DNA of 64,000 nucleotides, taken from IMG/VR virus record IMGVR_UViG_3300031555_001762; one strand, written 5' to 3'. The position numbers and the translations under genes are program-made. The notes under the pieces are model-generated. The model saw only the letters and a program-made list of their open reading frames with translations. It was not told the origin of the DNA and made no database searches. This DNA is from a virus (Duplodnaviria; Caudoviricetes). Shown one piece after another: positions 47,913 through 58,213 of this stretch; position 1 is the stretch's first letter, and the number at the start of each line of letters is the position of its first letter.

Positions 47913-48361
47913 TATTCAGCCACCTCCTTGTCAAACACTATATCTGCATTCCCATTGCCATCATCAATTATCTTCATAACGTATCCGTTATCTACAATCA
48001 TTTGTCTTATGTTGTATTCTATTTCAGCTATAGTATCTTCCGCTATAGCGTCTGTATCATCATTAATTCCAACTATATCTTCATATGTTTTCTCGGCGTA
48101 TTCAATACTGTCATTGCCAAACGAACAAAGATCAACCTTTTTATCCTCAATATAAGACAAGGCATCATCTTTGATTGCGGTTACTTGAATAATCGCATCA
48201 GCTCTGATTTCCTCTATGGAGTCCAGCGATTTTTGTTCGATTTGCTTTACATTATCAATAGTGCCAACTCTAATTTCTTCAATGTCATCTCGAATTTCTT
48301 GTTCGATTGTTTGCTCTGTAAGACGCTCAATAGTTTCGACATAGTAGCTTGTCATAATCAA
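47912..48361 (-). CDS. acidic coiled-coil structural protein
   Basis: C-terminal DDGNGNADIV shared with neighbour. Confidence 0.6.
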   Translation of the reverse strand: MIMTSYYVETIERLTEQTIEQEIRDDIEEIRVGTIDNVKQIEQKSLDSIEEIRADAIIQVTAIKDDALSYIEDKKVDLCSFGNDSIEYAEKTYEDIVGINDDTDAIAEDTIAEIEYNIRQMIVDNGYVMKIIDDGNGNADIVFDKEVAE

Positions 48362-48371
48362 ACCACCTTTC

Positions 48372-49241
48372 CTATGATTCTATTGGCTGATTTAGCAAAA
48401 TTACGATATCAACATTGCCTTCGCCGTCATCTGTTGGCTGAACAGACAAACCGTTTTTATTCATTGTAGTATTGATGCTATCTTCGATTTGAGCCTGAGT
48501 TGTGTCGGCAATTTCAACAGTTTCATTATATTCAGTCAATGAATCGTTTTTGATTTTATCAAGTTCTGCTATGATATCATTTCCGATGTTGATAAATCCG
48601 CCTGTATAAGTATCATCACCAACTGTTACAGACCCTTCGTTATAAGATGCATCCATTTGGTTATCAACTTCTTCAATGGCGGCATCTGTGGTGTCTGTGA
48701 TATCATCTATCGCATTTTCTTTAGTCGTATTAACGCTATTAATTGACGTATCCTTTGTATCATTAATATCATCTATTGTCTGTTGACGAGTTTCTTTTAC
48801 GACTTCCTCAATCTCTCCTTTGATCATCTCAGCTGTGATACGATCAATGTTTTCAACATAGAGATAATCGCTTGGCTTATGTCTTTTTCTGACGGGAATT
48901 TCATTGTGCAAGATAGTCCTTTGAGAAGATGTATCTTTTGAATCTGTCATATAAACATATACCTGCAAAGGACATGCATCTTGCAGCAAGGTGTTGGGAA
49001 TTTGAACTTTGATTGAAGTATCGTCATTCTTTTCAGAACGAACAACTAATGCTTCTTCTCTTGCCTTATTAGAAAAATGAACTTCTGGCAATGCATAAGA
49101 AGGAGAAGAGGGAAGTTCTGTTTCTGGTAAGTTGCAACTATCTATAGGGATAACAAGACTTTGATCGATATCCCATTGTGTAAGGTTGTTAATTGTATTC
49201 CCATAGGAATCAAAGCATTGTATTTCGTACATATAAGACAC
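48372..49241 (-). CDS. structural protein, BppU-like N-terminus
   Basis: LTQWDIDQ...VHF...IPN.LLQ...IPVRKRHKPSDY. Confidence 0.62.
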   Translation of the reverse strand: MSYMYEIQCFDSYGNTINNLTQWDIDQSLVIPIDSCNLPETELPSSPSYALPEVHFSNKAREEALVVRSEKNDDTSIKVQIPNTLLQDACPLQVYVYMTDSKDTSSQRTILHNEIPVRKRHKPSDYLYVENIDRITAEMIKGEIEEVVKETRQQTIDDINDTKDTSINSVNTTKENAIDDITDTTDAAIEEVDNQMDASYNEGSVTVGDDTYTGGFINIGNDIIAELDKIKNDSLTEYNETVEIADTTQAQIEDSINTTMNKNGLSVQPTDDGEGNVDIVILLNQPIES

Positions 49242-49286
49242 CTCCTAAGTCTTGTTAATTGTATTCAAATTAATAATAGTAAATAT

Positions 49287-49320
49287 AAAAGGCGCGTGCA
49301 TATAAAACACGCGCCTTTTA
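49287..49320 (-). terminator. Rho-independent terminator
   Basis: aaaaggcgcgtg / cacgcgcctttt. Confidence 0.7.
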
Positions 49321-49338
49321 AAATAACATTTTCAATGT
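49315..49338 (-). repeat. 24-bp site copy
   Basis: On - strand ACATTGAAA-atgtta-TTTTAAAAG, 10 nt after stop of 49349-50026. Confidence 0.6.
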
Positions 49339-49348
49339 CTATCATATA

Positions 49349-50026
49349 TTAAATAATGCCATAAATAGATTTAATGGATTCATCTGTCTCAACGTTGTAC
49401 TCACCATTTGCCGCGCAGTTACCGCACATAACCATTGTCAAAACGTTGCCGCTTCTATTAGCATTAAGCGATTGAACCCACATATTCGGAGTAGTATTTG
49501 CATATCCACCAAAGCAACGGAATACGCCATCGGTAGGCAAACTAAAGCCTATCATTGGAGTAGAGCTTCCGCTAAGATATACGCAAAATAAAACATAATC
49601 AGACAAGCCGCCAACTGTAATGCTTCCAGTTGCCCATGTACCTTCCCAAAGCAGCTTCCCAATTTTCTTAGATGTAATTACCTCATTAATGCCACCGTCT
49701 TTATCTATGAAGTTCAAAGATTCATTTGTTGCCATCATAGTCAAGCTTATGGAATTTCCGTTTTTATCAAAATCGCGAAGTACAGTTCCGTAATCCGCAG
49801 TATCAGAATTGTTTTTGAATAATTGAGAATAGCCGTTATCATACGGTTTCAAATCAAGTGCGCCAGTAAGCGTACCACCAGTTTTATCAAGTTTAGAATC
49901 TAGTTCGGAATTAAAAGACTCAATATCAGCGCGTGCTTGCTCTAGTTCGGAATTAAAAGACTCTATCTGAGAACGTGCGTACTCATCTGTAATCTCATAG
50001 CCGTTAAGACTTTTTAATTTAGGCAT
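49349..50026 (-). CDS. tail-fibre-like protein
   Basis: KLDKTGGTLTG fibre motif; duplicated IESFNSEL; KLLWEG C-domain. Confidence 0.7.
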   Translation of the reverse strand: MPKLKSLNGYEITDEYARSQIESFNSELEQARADIESFNSELDSKLDKTGGTLTGALDLKPYDNGYSQLFKNNSDTADYGTVLRDFDKNGNSISLTMMATNESLNFIDKDGGINEVITSKKIGKLLWEGTWATGSITVGGLSDYVLFCVYLSGSSTPMIGFSLPTDGVFRCFGGYANTTPNMWVQSLNANRSGNVLTMVMCGNCAANGEYNVETDESIKSIYGII

Positions 50027-50128
50027 AAGACATCCTCCTAACTTATTTTAAGTTATCATAAAACAGAAACAAACATCAAAAGATGCTTGAAGTTATATTT
50101 GCAATATTATATTTACTACAATTTAACA

Positions 50129-50614
50129 TTATTTTGTATATTCTAGAATTAAACAACCTCTTGAGATAGTAGCATCAGAACCACACCTTACAAGAAGATC
50201 GCCGTTGTCCTGCATCAGAATGTCTCTAAATCCTGTCGTTCCGCTTGTTGAGGAAAACGGAACTGGAACCATGCGTCCCTTAACATCGTATGTGACACAC
50301 TCAACCCTCACGATGTTTACACTCAAGAGACCGCTGGCAACTGTGACAGACGAACCAGCTGCAACTACACCAATTTCGTATACCTTGCGATATATTGCCG
50401 AACCATCAATCCATGTTTGACCAGTGTTTGTTTCACTAGTTGAGAACCTTGATACTGCTTTTAACTCGGCAATCTCATCTGCGACATCATAAACAGTACC
50501 ATTACCAGATTTATCATTTACAGTAAGCAAACCATTGACATCTAAGCTACCCTCAATATCTCCACCAGTAACAGGGAGAAAGACTTCATTTAAACTAACA
50601 AATTCTGTACTCAT
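50129..50614 (-). CDS. tail-fibre-like protein
   Basis: LPVTGG, ETNTGQTWIDG..IYRK...ILEYTK. Confidence 0.7.
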   Translation of the reverse strand: MSTEFVSLNEVFLPVTGGDIEGSLDVNGLLTVNDKSGNGTVYDVADEIAELKAVSRFSTSETNTGQTWIDGSAIYRKVYEIGVVAAGSSVTVASGLLSVNIVRVECVTYDVKGRMVPVPFSSTSGTTGFRDILMQDNGDLLVRCGSDATISRGCLILEYTK

Positions 50615-50729
50615 TATAAATTCCTCCTTTAAACATTCATATTTCCATACATTGCTTTTCTATGTAAAAAAGCAATCATTATAATAAAATGACTGCTCAG
50701 TGTTTTCTTCTTTATAAGTAGAAAGTTCA

Positions 50730-50779
50730 CACCGCTTGAAATCACAGCTTCAATGTGTAAACCGATACTTCAAGCGGTG
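50730..50779 (-). repeat. two overlapping site-like copies inside an inverted repeat
   Basis: caccgcttgaa...ttcaagcggtg; on - strand ACATTGAAG-ctgtga-TTTCAAGCG at 50733-50756. Confidence 0.5.
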
Positions 50780-50824
50780 CGAATCATTTCATGTTTTATT
50801 TAGTTTTTGTTTTAACTTTACAAA

Positions 50825-51142
50825 CTAGCAATCTTCTGCATCTGCAAACTCAGGACGATTCTTCTTAAGAAGTCCGTAAGCGCACTGCATAGTATCGCCG
50901 TTCATATCCTCAATGCTGTCAGCATAGCTCATATAAACGTACTCGTGTGCAACGTAGGGGAAGGTAGGCTCGCCTTCAATCTTGCCAGCAGCATAATCCT
51001 TCTCATACTGACGAGCTTCCTCATTAAGATAGCTGTGACGCAGAATGGTAATCTGCTGATTTGGTTCAATGCTCACAAGAGCGACCCTATGATATTCTAG
51101 AGGAAGACCATTGGGCATAACGATTTTCTTTTTCAATGCCAT
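50825..51142 (-). CDS. phage protein, possible fibre chaperone
   Basis: MALKK...YHRV...AY..LK...EFADAEDC; downstream of tail-collar gene. Confidence 0.65.
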   Translation of the reverse strand: MALKKKIVMPNGLPLEYHRVALVSIEPNQQITILRHSYLNEEARQYEKDYAAGKIEGEPTFPYVAHEYVYMSYADSIEDMNGDTMQCAYGLLKKNRPEFADAEDC

Positions 51143-51156
51143 ATTATTTACACTCC

Positions 51157-53190
51157 TTAATATCCGATAACGTATCGCAGTACAAAATAGCTGTTAGTAT
51201 AGTTAATACCCGCATAGGAATCTGCGCCGCTATCATTATTTGTATCGGCACCAGTGATAGAAGTATCGCTTACATACAAATACTTATATGCCGCTACGCC
51301 AAAATTATTAGCTGCCAAATGAATACTCATACCAGTACCATTATGTGCCTCAACATGATACTTGGGTACTTGCGTAAATTCCCAATAGTAATTTTTTGCA
51401 GCACCATCAGAATAAGCACTCCATACCAGAATAACGCCATTTGGTTGTGAACTGATTGCCTCTGAAAGTGTAATTGTCTGCGTCTCATTCATACCGTGAC
51501 CACCGCTCCACAGAACCTTATTCACACCATATTCACGACCATCGACAGTAAGAGTTCCACTAACTTCCAAATCATTTTCAACAGTAGCATTGTTGAAATG
51601 ACCTACAGCCACTCCGCCTGATGTGGGAGAGTCTTTCCAAAAACCCCTTGCTTGGATATGGGCTTCAACCTGCTCGCTTCCTGTTGCAGACGTAGCGAAG
51701 AAGAGCCTCACCCAGTCTTTTGTAGCCTCAGCTCTTGCATCGATAGCATAGCCAGAACCAATGTAACCTGCATAGGAAACACTCGGAACGTCAATGAACT
51801 CTATCGGGAACTCCCACATGGGTGTATAACGGAAGGGCATGTTGTTCCATGTCGAATACGGTTCGTTGTTCTCTTCGAACAATACAGCCCAGCATTCAGC
51901 CTTGCCGCTTGCCCATTTCTCCCAATACCAACCGTCTGTTTGACCCCACTCAACCACGTAGTCCGCAGGGTTGATACCGTAAACAGCACCAGATGCAGTA
52001 CCGCCAGAAGTAACTCCGCCTTCACCAGTGGAAATGAAGTAACGCATTACAACGTAAGGTTGCATGTTGTTGTGGGATTCTCCTTCGCCCGTAAATGAAT
52101 ACTTCTTTGCGTCACCAGCGTTTACGGAGTCTACGGTTAAGTAGCTGTAATCGCCTGAAACGTTCGTAACGTTTGCCCCCGTTGAATCAACGATAGCATT
52201 TGCTCCCCAAACAGTACGAACAGTAAAGCTTGCGTAATCTTCGGGCATCTCATCAACCGTCAACGTATGCTTTTCCTCGCCACCAGTCTCACCAAGAGCA
52301 TATCCATCAGACTCACCGATAATCACACGGCTTTCAAGATTAGGCACGTTGAAGGTAGTAGAGCCATCGCCAGAACCATAAGTCGTTCCAATAGCATCGA
52401 ACAGCTTTGCGTACTCAGTTCTAGAATACTCGGAGCCGTCGCAAAGAAGGAAGCCTTCTGGGTCTCCTTCGCCAGCGAAGGGGTAGACCATACCTGCAAC
52501 AGCAGAGGACTGGACAGTGGTTTCGCTAATAGTCATTGGACGAGCATCTGCGCTCTTGCCAGTAGAGATAATGTAGTTAACCACTGTGTAAGGTTGCATG
52601 TTGTTGTGCGGTTGGTCTCCGCCGAACTCGGCTTTAAGAATAGTGCTGCCGCCTTGTGCACTGCCGTAGCCAAGCATATCGTAACCAGTGCTGCCGCCAG
52701 ACTCAGATTTCAAAATTCCATCGGGTGAAAGGAACGTTGATCCTTGAGAATCGCCGCCCCAAGTCCAATTTCTAAACCACGCTCTACCACTTAGTTTAGG
52801 TAACTCGCCCTCGATTAACTTATGCTCTTCCTCGCCACCAACTTCACCAAGCTCATAATCAACACCAGCGCCCACTGGTACGCGAGTCTGAAGGTCTGGA
52901 ACGTTGAACGTTGTAGCCCCATCGCCTTCACCATATGTAGTGCCGATAGCCTCGAACAGTTCGGCATATTCGTCACGTGAATAAGCTTCGCCATCGCACA
53001 TCAAGAATCCCTCTGGGACGGTTTCTCCTGCAAAGGGATATACGATGCCAGCGATAGGAGAGCCTTCAGGGCTAGAAGGGAGGGAGTCTAATGCTCCCTC
53101 CAAATCTGCTACTTTAGCAGACAATGTTTTAGCAGTGCCAAGAATACTGTTCACCTCTTGACCTGTATATGATAATTTATAAGTTCCCAT
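51157..53190 (-). CDS. tail fibre with two tail-collar domains
   Basis: Two copies of G.VYPFAG..PEGFL.CDG..YSR.EYA.LF.AIGT.YG.GDG.TTFNVP...HNNMQPY. Confidence 0.88.
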   Translation of the reverse strand: MGTYKLSYTGQEVNSILGTAKTLSAKVADLEGALDSLPSSPEGSPIAGIVYPFAGETVPEGFLMCDGEAYSRDEYAELFEAIGTTYGEGDGATTFNVPDLQTRVPVGAGVDYELGEVGGEEEHKLIEGELPKLSGRAWFRNWTWGGDSQGSTFLSPDGILKSESGGSTGYDMLGYGSAQGGSTILKAEFGGDQPHNNMQPYTVVNYIISTGKSADARPMTISETTVQSSAVAGMVYPFAGEGDPEGFLLCDGSEYSRTEYAKLFDAIGTTYGSGDGSTTFNVPNLESRVIIGESDGYALGETGGEEKHTLTVDEMPEDYASFTVRTVWGANAIVDSTGANVTNVSGDYSYLTVDSVNAGDAKKYSFTGEGESHNNMQPYVVMRYFISTGEGGVTSGGTASGAVYGINPADYVVEWGQTDGWYWEKWASGKAECWAVLFEENNEPYSTWNNMPFRYTPMWEFPIEFIDVPSVSYAGYIGSGYAIDARAEATKDWVRLFFATSATGSEQVEAHIQARGFWKDSPTSGGVAVGHFNNATVENDLEVSGTLTVDGREYGVNKVLWSGGHGMNETQTITLSEAISSQPNGVILVWSAYSDGAAKNYYWEFTQVPKYHVEAHNGTGMSIHLAANNFGVAAYKYLYVSDTSITGADTNNDSGADSYAGINYTNSYFVLRYVIGY

Positions 53191-53193
53191 TTT

Positions 53194-54663
53194 CTAAACA
53201 CCTCTTACAACTATATAGTCATCTTGGGAGTCTAACAGCTCTAAGCCATCAAGAGTCTCCAACTGCTTATCTTCATAAACGCTTCCGTTATTGTCGAATA
53301 GACCCTTTGGAAGTCTGACATAAATATCCTTAATGTTTCTGCCTTCAGGAACTCTTACGAAAACCTCGTACTCTCTAGTCCATACAGCATATAGAGTAAT
53401 GACATCGCCGTTTACAAAATCATCATTTACGTATGTGCCGCCAGAAAGATAAACAGCTTTCGTTGCAGAGCTATCCAAAGCCCAGCCAGAGAACGAATAT
53501 TTATCCCTTGTTGGTTTTACGGTAGATAGTATGGATACCGATTCTGCTTCATGCAGCTGACTTTCTGGAGCATTCATACCGCCATTAGCGTCATATGCAA
53601 TAGAGCACACTACAACCAGAGACCATATCGCATAAAGAACTGTATCCGCATTGCCAGTGAATGAACCACCAGCAGAATACGAAGCAGCTGTAGAACTTGC
53701 GCTGGCTCCCCATCCGATGAACTCATATCCTTCTCTTGTCGGAATGGTAGGGGAGAGTGTTATGTTTACTCCGTATGTTTTCGTCTGAGAACTTGGAGCG
53801 CCAGAACCACCGTTTGCATCAAATGAGATAGTATATACCTCAGCTTCCCAAATCGCATATAAGGTAACGGCAGCATTTGATGTATATGTAGCACCAGCAG
53901 CATATGCTACGCTACCAGTAGAAGAGGTAGCCCATCCTTTGAATATATGACCAGCACATGTAGGTATGGTAGAGGAGAGGGTTAGATCTGTTCCATGCGT
54001 TTTAGTTTGGCTACTAGGCGCACCACTACCGCCATTGGCGTTGTAAGATACTGTGTAGGTATTCAATTTCCAAACAGCATATAATGTAGCACCTGAGTTA
54101 GAAGTGTAGCTTCCACCAGCAGAATATGTCGCTGAAGTTGCAGTAGAAGATGTTGACCATCCTAAGAATGTATATCCAGTACGAGTTGGTTTAGTGCTGG
54201 AAAGGGCTAGGGTTTTATCACGGTATTTCGTTTGGCTGCTTGGAGCACCAGAACCACCGTTAGCATTATATGAAACAGTCCAGTATAATGTTGGGACTGT
54301 GTAAGAGCCACTAACTTCAGAAGAAACATAAGAACCAGAACTTCTAGTATATCCACCTTTAGCATAGAGAGACAATGTTTGTCCCTGACTGTACCACCCT
54401 GCATTAATCCAACTATCGTCAGCATACCATCCAGTTGAATCAAGAGAGACCGAGCCAGACCAGTTGGTACTGCCGTTAGTAGTGCCTGTGTAAGCAACAG
54501 TAGTGCCATTGAAATCGCCTGTGCTTACGTAAAGAGCATGTCCGTATTCAAGGCGATATGCTGTATCAGAAGTCTCTGCAATTCTAATACCTACCCAAGC
54601 TTTAAACTTCGAATTGGTACTGCCAGCTTCGCTACCATAATTATAAACTACGTTAGTTGCCAA
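53194..54663 (-). CDS. InlB B-repeat virion protein
   Basis: Four YxANGG...GW...LYAVW repeats. Confidence 0.82.
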   Translation of the reverse strand: MATNVVYNYGSEAGSTNSKFKAWVGIRIAETSDTAYRLEYGHALYVSTGDFNGTTVAYTGTTNGSTNWSGSVSLDSTGWYADDSWINAGWYSQGQTLSLYAKGGYTRSSGSYVSSEVSGSYTVPTLYWTVSYNANGGSGAPSSQTKYRDKTLALSSTKPTRTGYTFLGWSTSSTATSATYSAGGSYTSNSGATLYAVWKLNTYTVSYNANGGSGAPSSQTKTHGTDLTLSSTIPTCAGHIFKGWATSSTGSVAYAAGATYTSNAAVTLYAIWEAEVYTISFDANGGSGAPSSQTKTYGVNITLSPTIPTREGYEFIGWGASASSTAASYSAGGSFTGNADTVLYAIWSLVVVCSIAYDANGGMNAPESQLHEAESVSILSTVKPTRDKYSFSGWALDSSATKAVYLSGGTYVNDDFVNGDVITLYAVWTREYEVFVRVPEGRNIKDIYVRLPKGLFDNNGSVYEDKQLETLDGLELLDSQDDYIVVRGV

Positions 54664-54716
54664 TCTTCCTCACCTCCTAATAGACTAAATAATTTAATCA
54701 TTTATATCACCATCGC

Positions 54717-55946
54717 TTATAATTCATTATTTCTGAAATGAATATCGACAGTTTTTCTCCATACCGCATACAGCGTAACAATATCACTATCAACAAAGTC
54801 ATCGTTTACGTACTTACAACCAGAAAGATACGTTGCCTTTCTTGCATTTGCAATAATAGACCACCCAGAGAAATGATATCCTTTTCTTTCTGGTTTTACG
54901 CTAGACAAAGTTGAAACGCTGCCCCTCATGTGGGATTGATTGCTTATATCGCATTCGCCTCCATTTGCGTCATACATGAGAGTACAAGATTCAACGCGAA
55001 CCCATACAGCATACAAAGTCGTATTCTTCGTAACGTTGAGATTCCAAGAAGTGCCAGACTTATAAGTAGGAGACGTTGCCGAAGAGGATTCATCCCAACC
55101 TAAGAACTCATAACCAGTTCTTGTAGGAATTGAAGTCGATAGAGCAACAGTTCCACTACTTGCATAAGTGTATGTTTGAGCATTCGGAGCATTGCTGCCG
55201 CCGTTAGCATCATATGTAATGGTATAAGTGTTTACTTGCCATACGGCATAGAGAGTATAATCAGAAGCGTTACTTAAATTCCAATTCTGACCAGCCGTAT
55301 ATGATGCGCTAGTAGCGTCTGAGGAAAGAGACCAGCCTAAGAAAGTGTAACCAGTTCTAGTGGGATTTGTGCTTGATAGCTTTGTAGTGCCACTGCTTGC
55401 ATAAGTATAGCTATGGCTGCTCGGAGCGCCAGAGCCACCGTTGGCATCGTAAGAAATTGTATACGTATTAGCAGTCCATTGAGCATAAAGGGTTACAGCA
55501 GAGTTTGATGTATAGTTTCCGCCAGAAGAATATGATGTTCCAGTGCCGCCAGAGTTAGTGTTCCAATTCTTAAACGTATAACCAGTGCGAGTAGGCGTGG
55601 AAGTTGTGAGCTTCAATGTCGTTCCATATGTTTTAGTCTGGTTTGATGGAGCACCAGAACCACCGTTTGCATTATACGAAACTGTATAAGTTGCATTTGG
55701 GAACGAAGCCGCTGTATAATACCTACCATCAGCAGAACCTTTTGTAACGCCAACGTGGTATGGATATGTTACAGTCCAAGTGGCTGAATATGCACCATAG
55801 AAATAATGGTCGTTTCTAGATGTCGTAGAAGCACCACTGCCATCAGCACTAGATGCGTGTTTTGCACTGGAGCTGATAGTTAATGTAACATAATCGCCCC
55901 TGTTATAAGTTTTGCCCTTAATAGTAGCAGAAGTTGACCAACCCAT
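54717..55946 (-). CDS. InlB B-repeat virion protein
   Basis: Four YxANGG...GW...LYAxW repeats. Confidence 0.82.
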   Translation of the reverse strand: MGWSTSATIKGKTYNRGDYVTLTISSSAKHASSADGSGASTTSRNDHYFYGAYSATWTVTYPYHVGVTKGSADGRYYTAASFPNATYTVSYNANGGSGAPSNQTKTYGTTLKLTTSTPTRTGYTFKNWNTNSGGTGTSYSSGGNYTSNSAVTLYAQWTANTYTISYDANGGSGAPSSHSYTYASSGTTKLSSTNPTRTGYTFLGWSLSSDATSASYTAGQNWNLSNASDYTLYAVWQVNTYTITYDANGGSNAPNAQTYTYASSGTVALSTSIPTRTGYEFLGWDESSSATSPTYKSGTSWNLNVTKNTTLYAVWVRVESCTLMYDANGGECDISNQSHMRGSVSTLSSVKPERKGYHFSGWSIIANARKATYLSGCKYVNDDFVDSDIVTLYAVWRKTVDIHFRNNEL

Positions 55947-56023
55947 TCATAACACCTCCTTTACATTGTCTAATAAGCAATGCTTATATATTTGCTTTTC
56001 ATATATAACATTTTATTTAACAT

Positions 56024-58189
56024 TTAAATCTTAACCCAGAAGATAACGCTCTCATCTGTTGGTTCAGTTTCGGAAACGACGATTCCACCACCGCCAGAAC
56101 TGCCAGAACCACCCTTGTTCTCAGACCAAGCAGCAGAACCATCTACAACGCTAAGGATTTTACCTTCGTCATCAGCAGTGTAATCAGGCAGTCCTTCTGG
56201 GATTTTGTATATTTCCTCGGCAGTACCAAACCAAGCGTTGCCATCTTCATCAATGGTAATGTTGCCTAAGTCAGCAGCTTCCCATTCAATAGGCATGCCG
56301 TTCTCGTCAATGGCTTTGACAACAGCAGTCTGACCGACAATTGCAGTTGCTGGCATACCAAGGTTGACTAGGGAAGAGGGGGTGTTGGTTAGCAATTCAG
56401 TTGCGTCATCATAGGAAGTTCCGCCAACTTTAACGCTTCCCTGATACCAAGCGTTTCCGTCCCAATCAAGTGTGTGTGCGTTAGAGGGAACTGAAGATGT
56501 ACCGTTACCTACGATATGCGCATATGTCTTTGCGGTATCTTCGATATTGTACTTACCCTGAACATGCTGTGCATCTCCATGAGCTTTGGTAGCATAACCC
56601 TCTGCATGAGTCCATCTATCATACGCCTTTGTATGGTAGCCTTCTGCATGAGACCAGTGACCAGATGCTTCAGTGTATGCACCTTCGGCATGAGAGTAGC
56701 TGCCAGAAGCAACATTGTTCTCGTAATCGTTGAATATCTCACCAACGCCATCATAGATTAAACCAACAGAAGAACCTTCTGGGAAGTCTATATACTTAGA
56801 GTCAATCTTATGAACTTCTGCATCGTTGCGCTTAACCGTGATGGTTACAGAGCCAACACTGGTTGCATAAAGCATTATTGAACCAGAATATCCAATTAAG
56901 AACGGTTCGCCAGTATCATCTGCCATTCCAAAAATGCTACCGTTACCAATGGCGAGCAGACCGTCCATAACAGTACATGTAGTAGCATAGTCAGTTCCGT
57001 TCCATGTTACGACGTATTCAACGCCTTCTTCTAGGGTTAGAGAGAATGGATTCATGGCAGCGCCCAAACCATTGTAGTCCGATGTCGTGAACATAACGTT
57101 ATCAACGACGGCTGTTAAAACTGGTTCACCAGTATAGAACGGACGATTCTCGATATAAGAATCTTCGTTGGGGTCGTTCTGGTTCCAGTCTGAATTGACA
57201 TTTACCTGAGCGCCTTCTTCAATGCCATCTACCTTTGTTTGAAGCTTTGAAATGCTGCTTTCATTGGCATCAACCTCTGCTTGAAGAGCATCAATCAGAG
57301 TTTTGATTGCAACTCCTTGTGCTGCGCTTAGTGGCTTGTTCGTCACATTAGTTGTAAGGTTGTTGATAATGTCTGATACGCTAACCTTACTCGTAGTGAT
57401 AGAATCGATAAGAGATTTATTAGACTTGATGTAAGTAACGATTTCAGCCATTTGGTCTAGGTCTTCATCGGTGCTATTCGCAAGTGTATTTAACCTTGTA
57501 GTCAAATCCTCAATTAAAAGTCTGATATCGTTGTGTGCAGAAGTGCTTGTGTTATGAGTAGACACAGCACTTGCAGCGGTGCCAGAAGCTTCTTTTCCTG
57601 CAATAGCAGAGTTAATAGTAGACACTTTGCCGTCAATTTCAGATTTAGAATATGCGCTAACATCAGAAGCTGAAAGCGTGATGTTAGAAGTAAGAGCCTT
57701 GCCATTGACCGTGCGAGAAGTCGGAACCTTCGCATCAATAGAAGACTGAAGCGCACTGTGCTGAGAAGTTGCAGCAGCGATGGTCTGATAAGTTTCAGTA
57801 ATTACATTGCCAGAACCATCTTTTGTCGCCTTTGTTGCAGAATCAGCCGTATCCGCATGAGTCGCATTGGTTGCGCTGTCAGCAGTGGCTGCATGGTCTG
57901 CACTATCAGCAGTATTAGCATGATTTGCGTTTGTTGCATTAATAGCATTGGTTGCGTTAGTGGCATTTGTTGCAGAATCAGCAGTAGCAGCGTGATTAGC
58001 ATTGGTTGCCGTATCTGCCTTAGTAGCAGTATCGGCAGAATCAGCATGTTCAGCTTCTTTGACTACGACAGTACCACTAGTGATACCAGAAATCTTTTCA
58101 TCAACTTCAGTTTTCTTAGCAAACTTATCGAGAATATTTGCAACAACCCTGATAAGCCCATTAGAGTCCAAATATTTCTTTTCACTCAT
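56024..58189 (-). CDS. fibre protein with ATNA/ADSA tripeptide repeats and SHAEG (YadA-head-like) repeats
   Basis: ATNATNA tract, RTVNGKAL, SHAEG x3, IVGNG. Confidence 0.75.
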   Translation of the reverse strand: MSEKKYLDSNGLIRVVANILDKFAKKTEVDEKISGITSGTVVVKEAEHADSADTATKADTATNANHAATADSATNATNATNAINATNANHANTADSADHAATADSATNATHADTADSATKATKDGSGNVITETYQTIAAATSQHSALQSSIDAKVPTSRTVNGKALTSNITLSASDVSAYSKSEIDGKVSTINSAIAGKEASGTAASAVSTHNTSTSAHNDIRLLIEDLTTRLNTLANSTDEDLDQMAEIVTYIKSNKSLIDSITTSKVSVSDIINNLTTNVTNKPLSAAQGVAIKTLIDALQAEVDANESSISKLQTKVDGIEEGAQVNVNSDWNQNDPNEDSYIENRPFYTGEPVLTAVVDNVMFTTSDYNGLGAAMNPFSLTLEEGVEYVVTWNGTDYATTCTVMDGLLAIGNGSIFGMADDTGEPFLIGYSGSIMLYATSVGSVTITVKRNDAEVHKIDSKYIDFPEGSSVGLIYDGVGEIFNDYENNVASGSYSHAEGAYTEASGHWSHAEGYHTKAYDRWTHAEGYATKAHGDAQHVQGKYNIEDTAKTYAHIVGNGTSSVPSNAHTLDWDGNAWYQGSVKVGGTSYDDATELLTNTPSSLVNLGMPATAIVGQTAVVKAIDENGMPIEWEAADLGNITIDEDGNAWFGTAEEIYKIPEGLPDYTADDEGKILSVVDGSAAWSENKGGSGSSGGGGIVVSETEPTDESVIFWVKI

Positions 58190-58213
58190 AAAATAACCTC
58201 CTTTTATTTTTTG

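Noticed and set aside
49898-49963. Direct repeat tctagttcggaattaaaagactc with 42-bp period
   Set aside because: In-frame coiled-coil duplication within a fibre gene.
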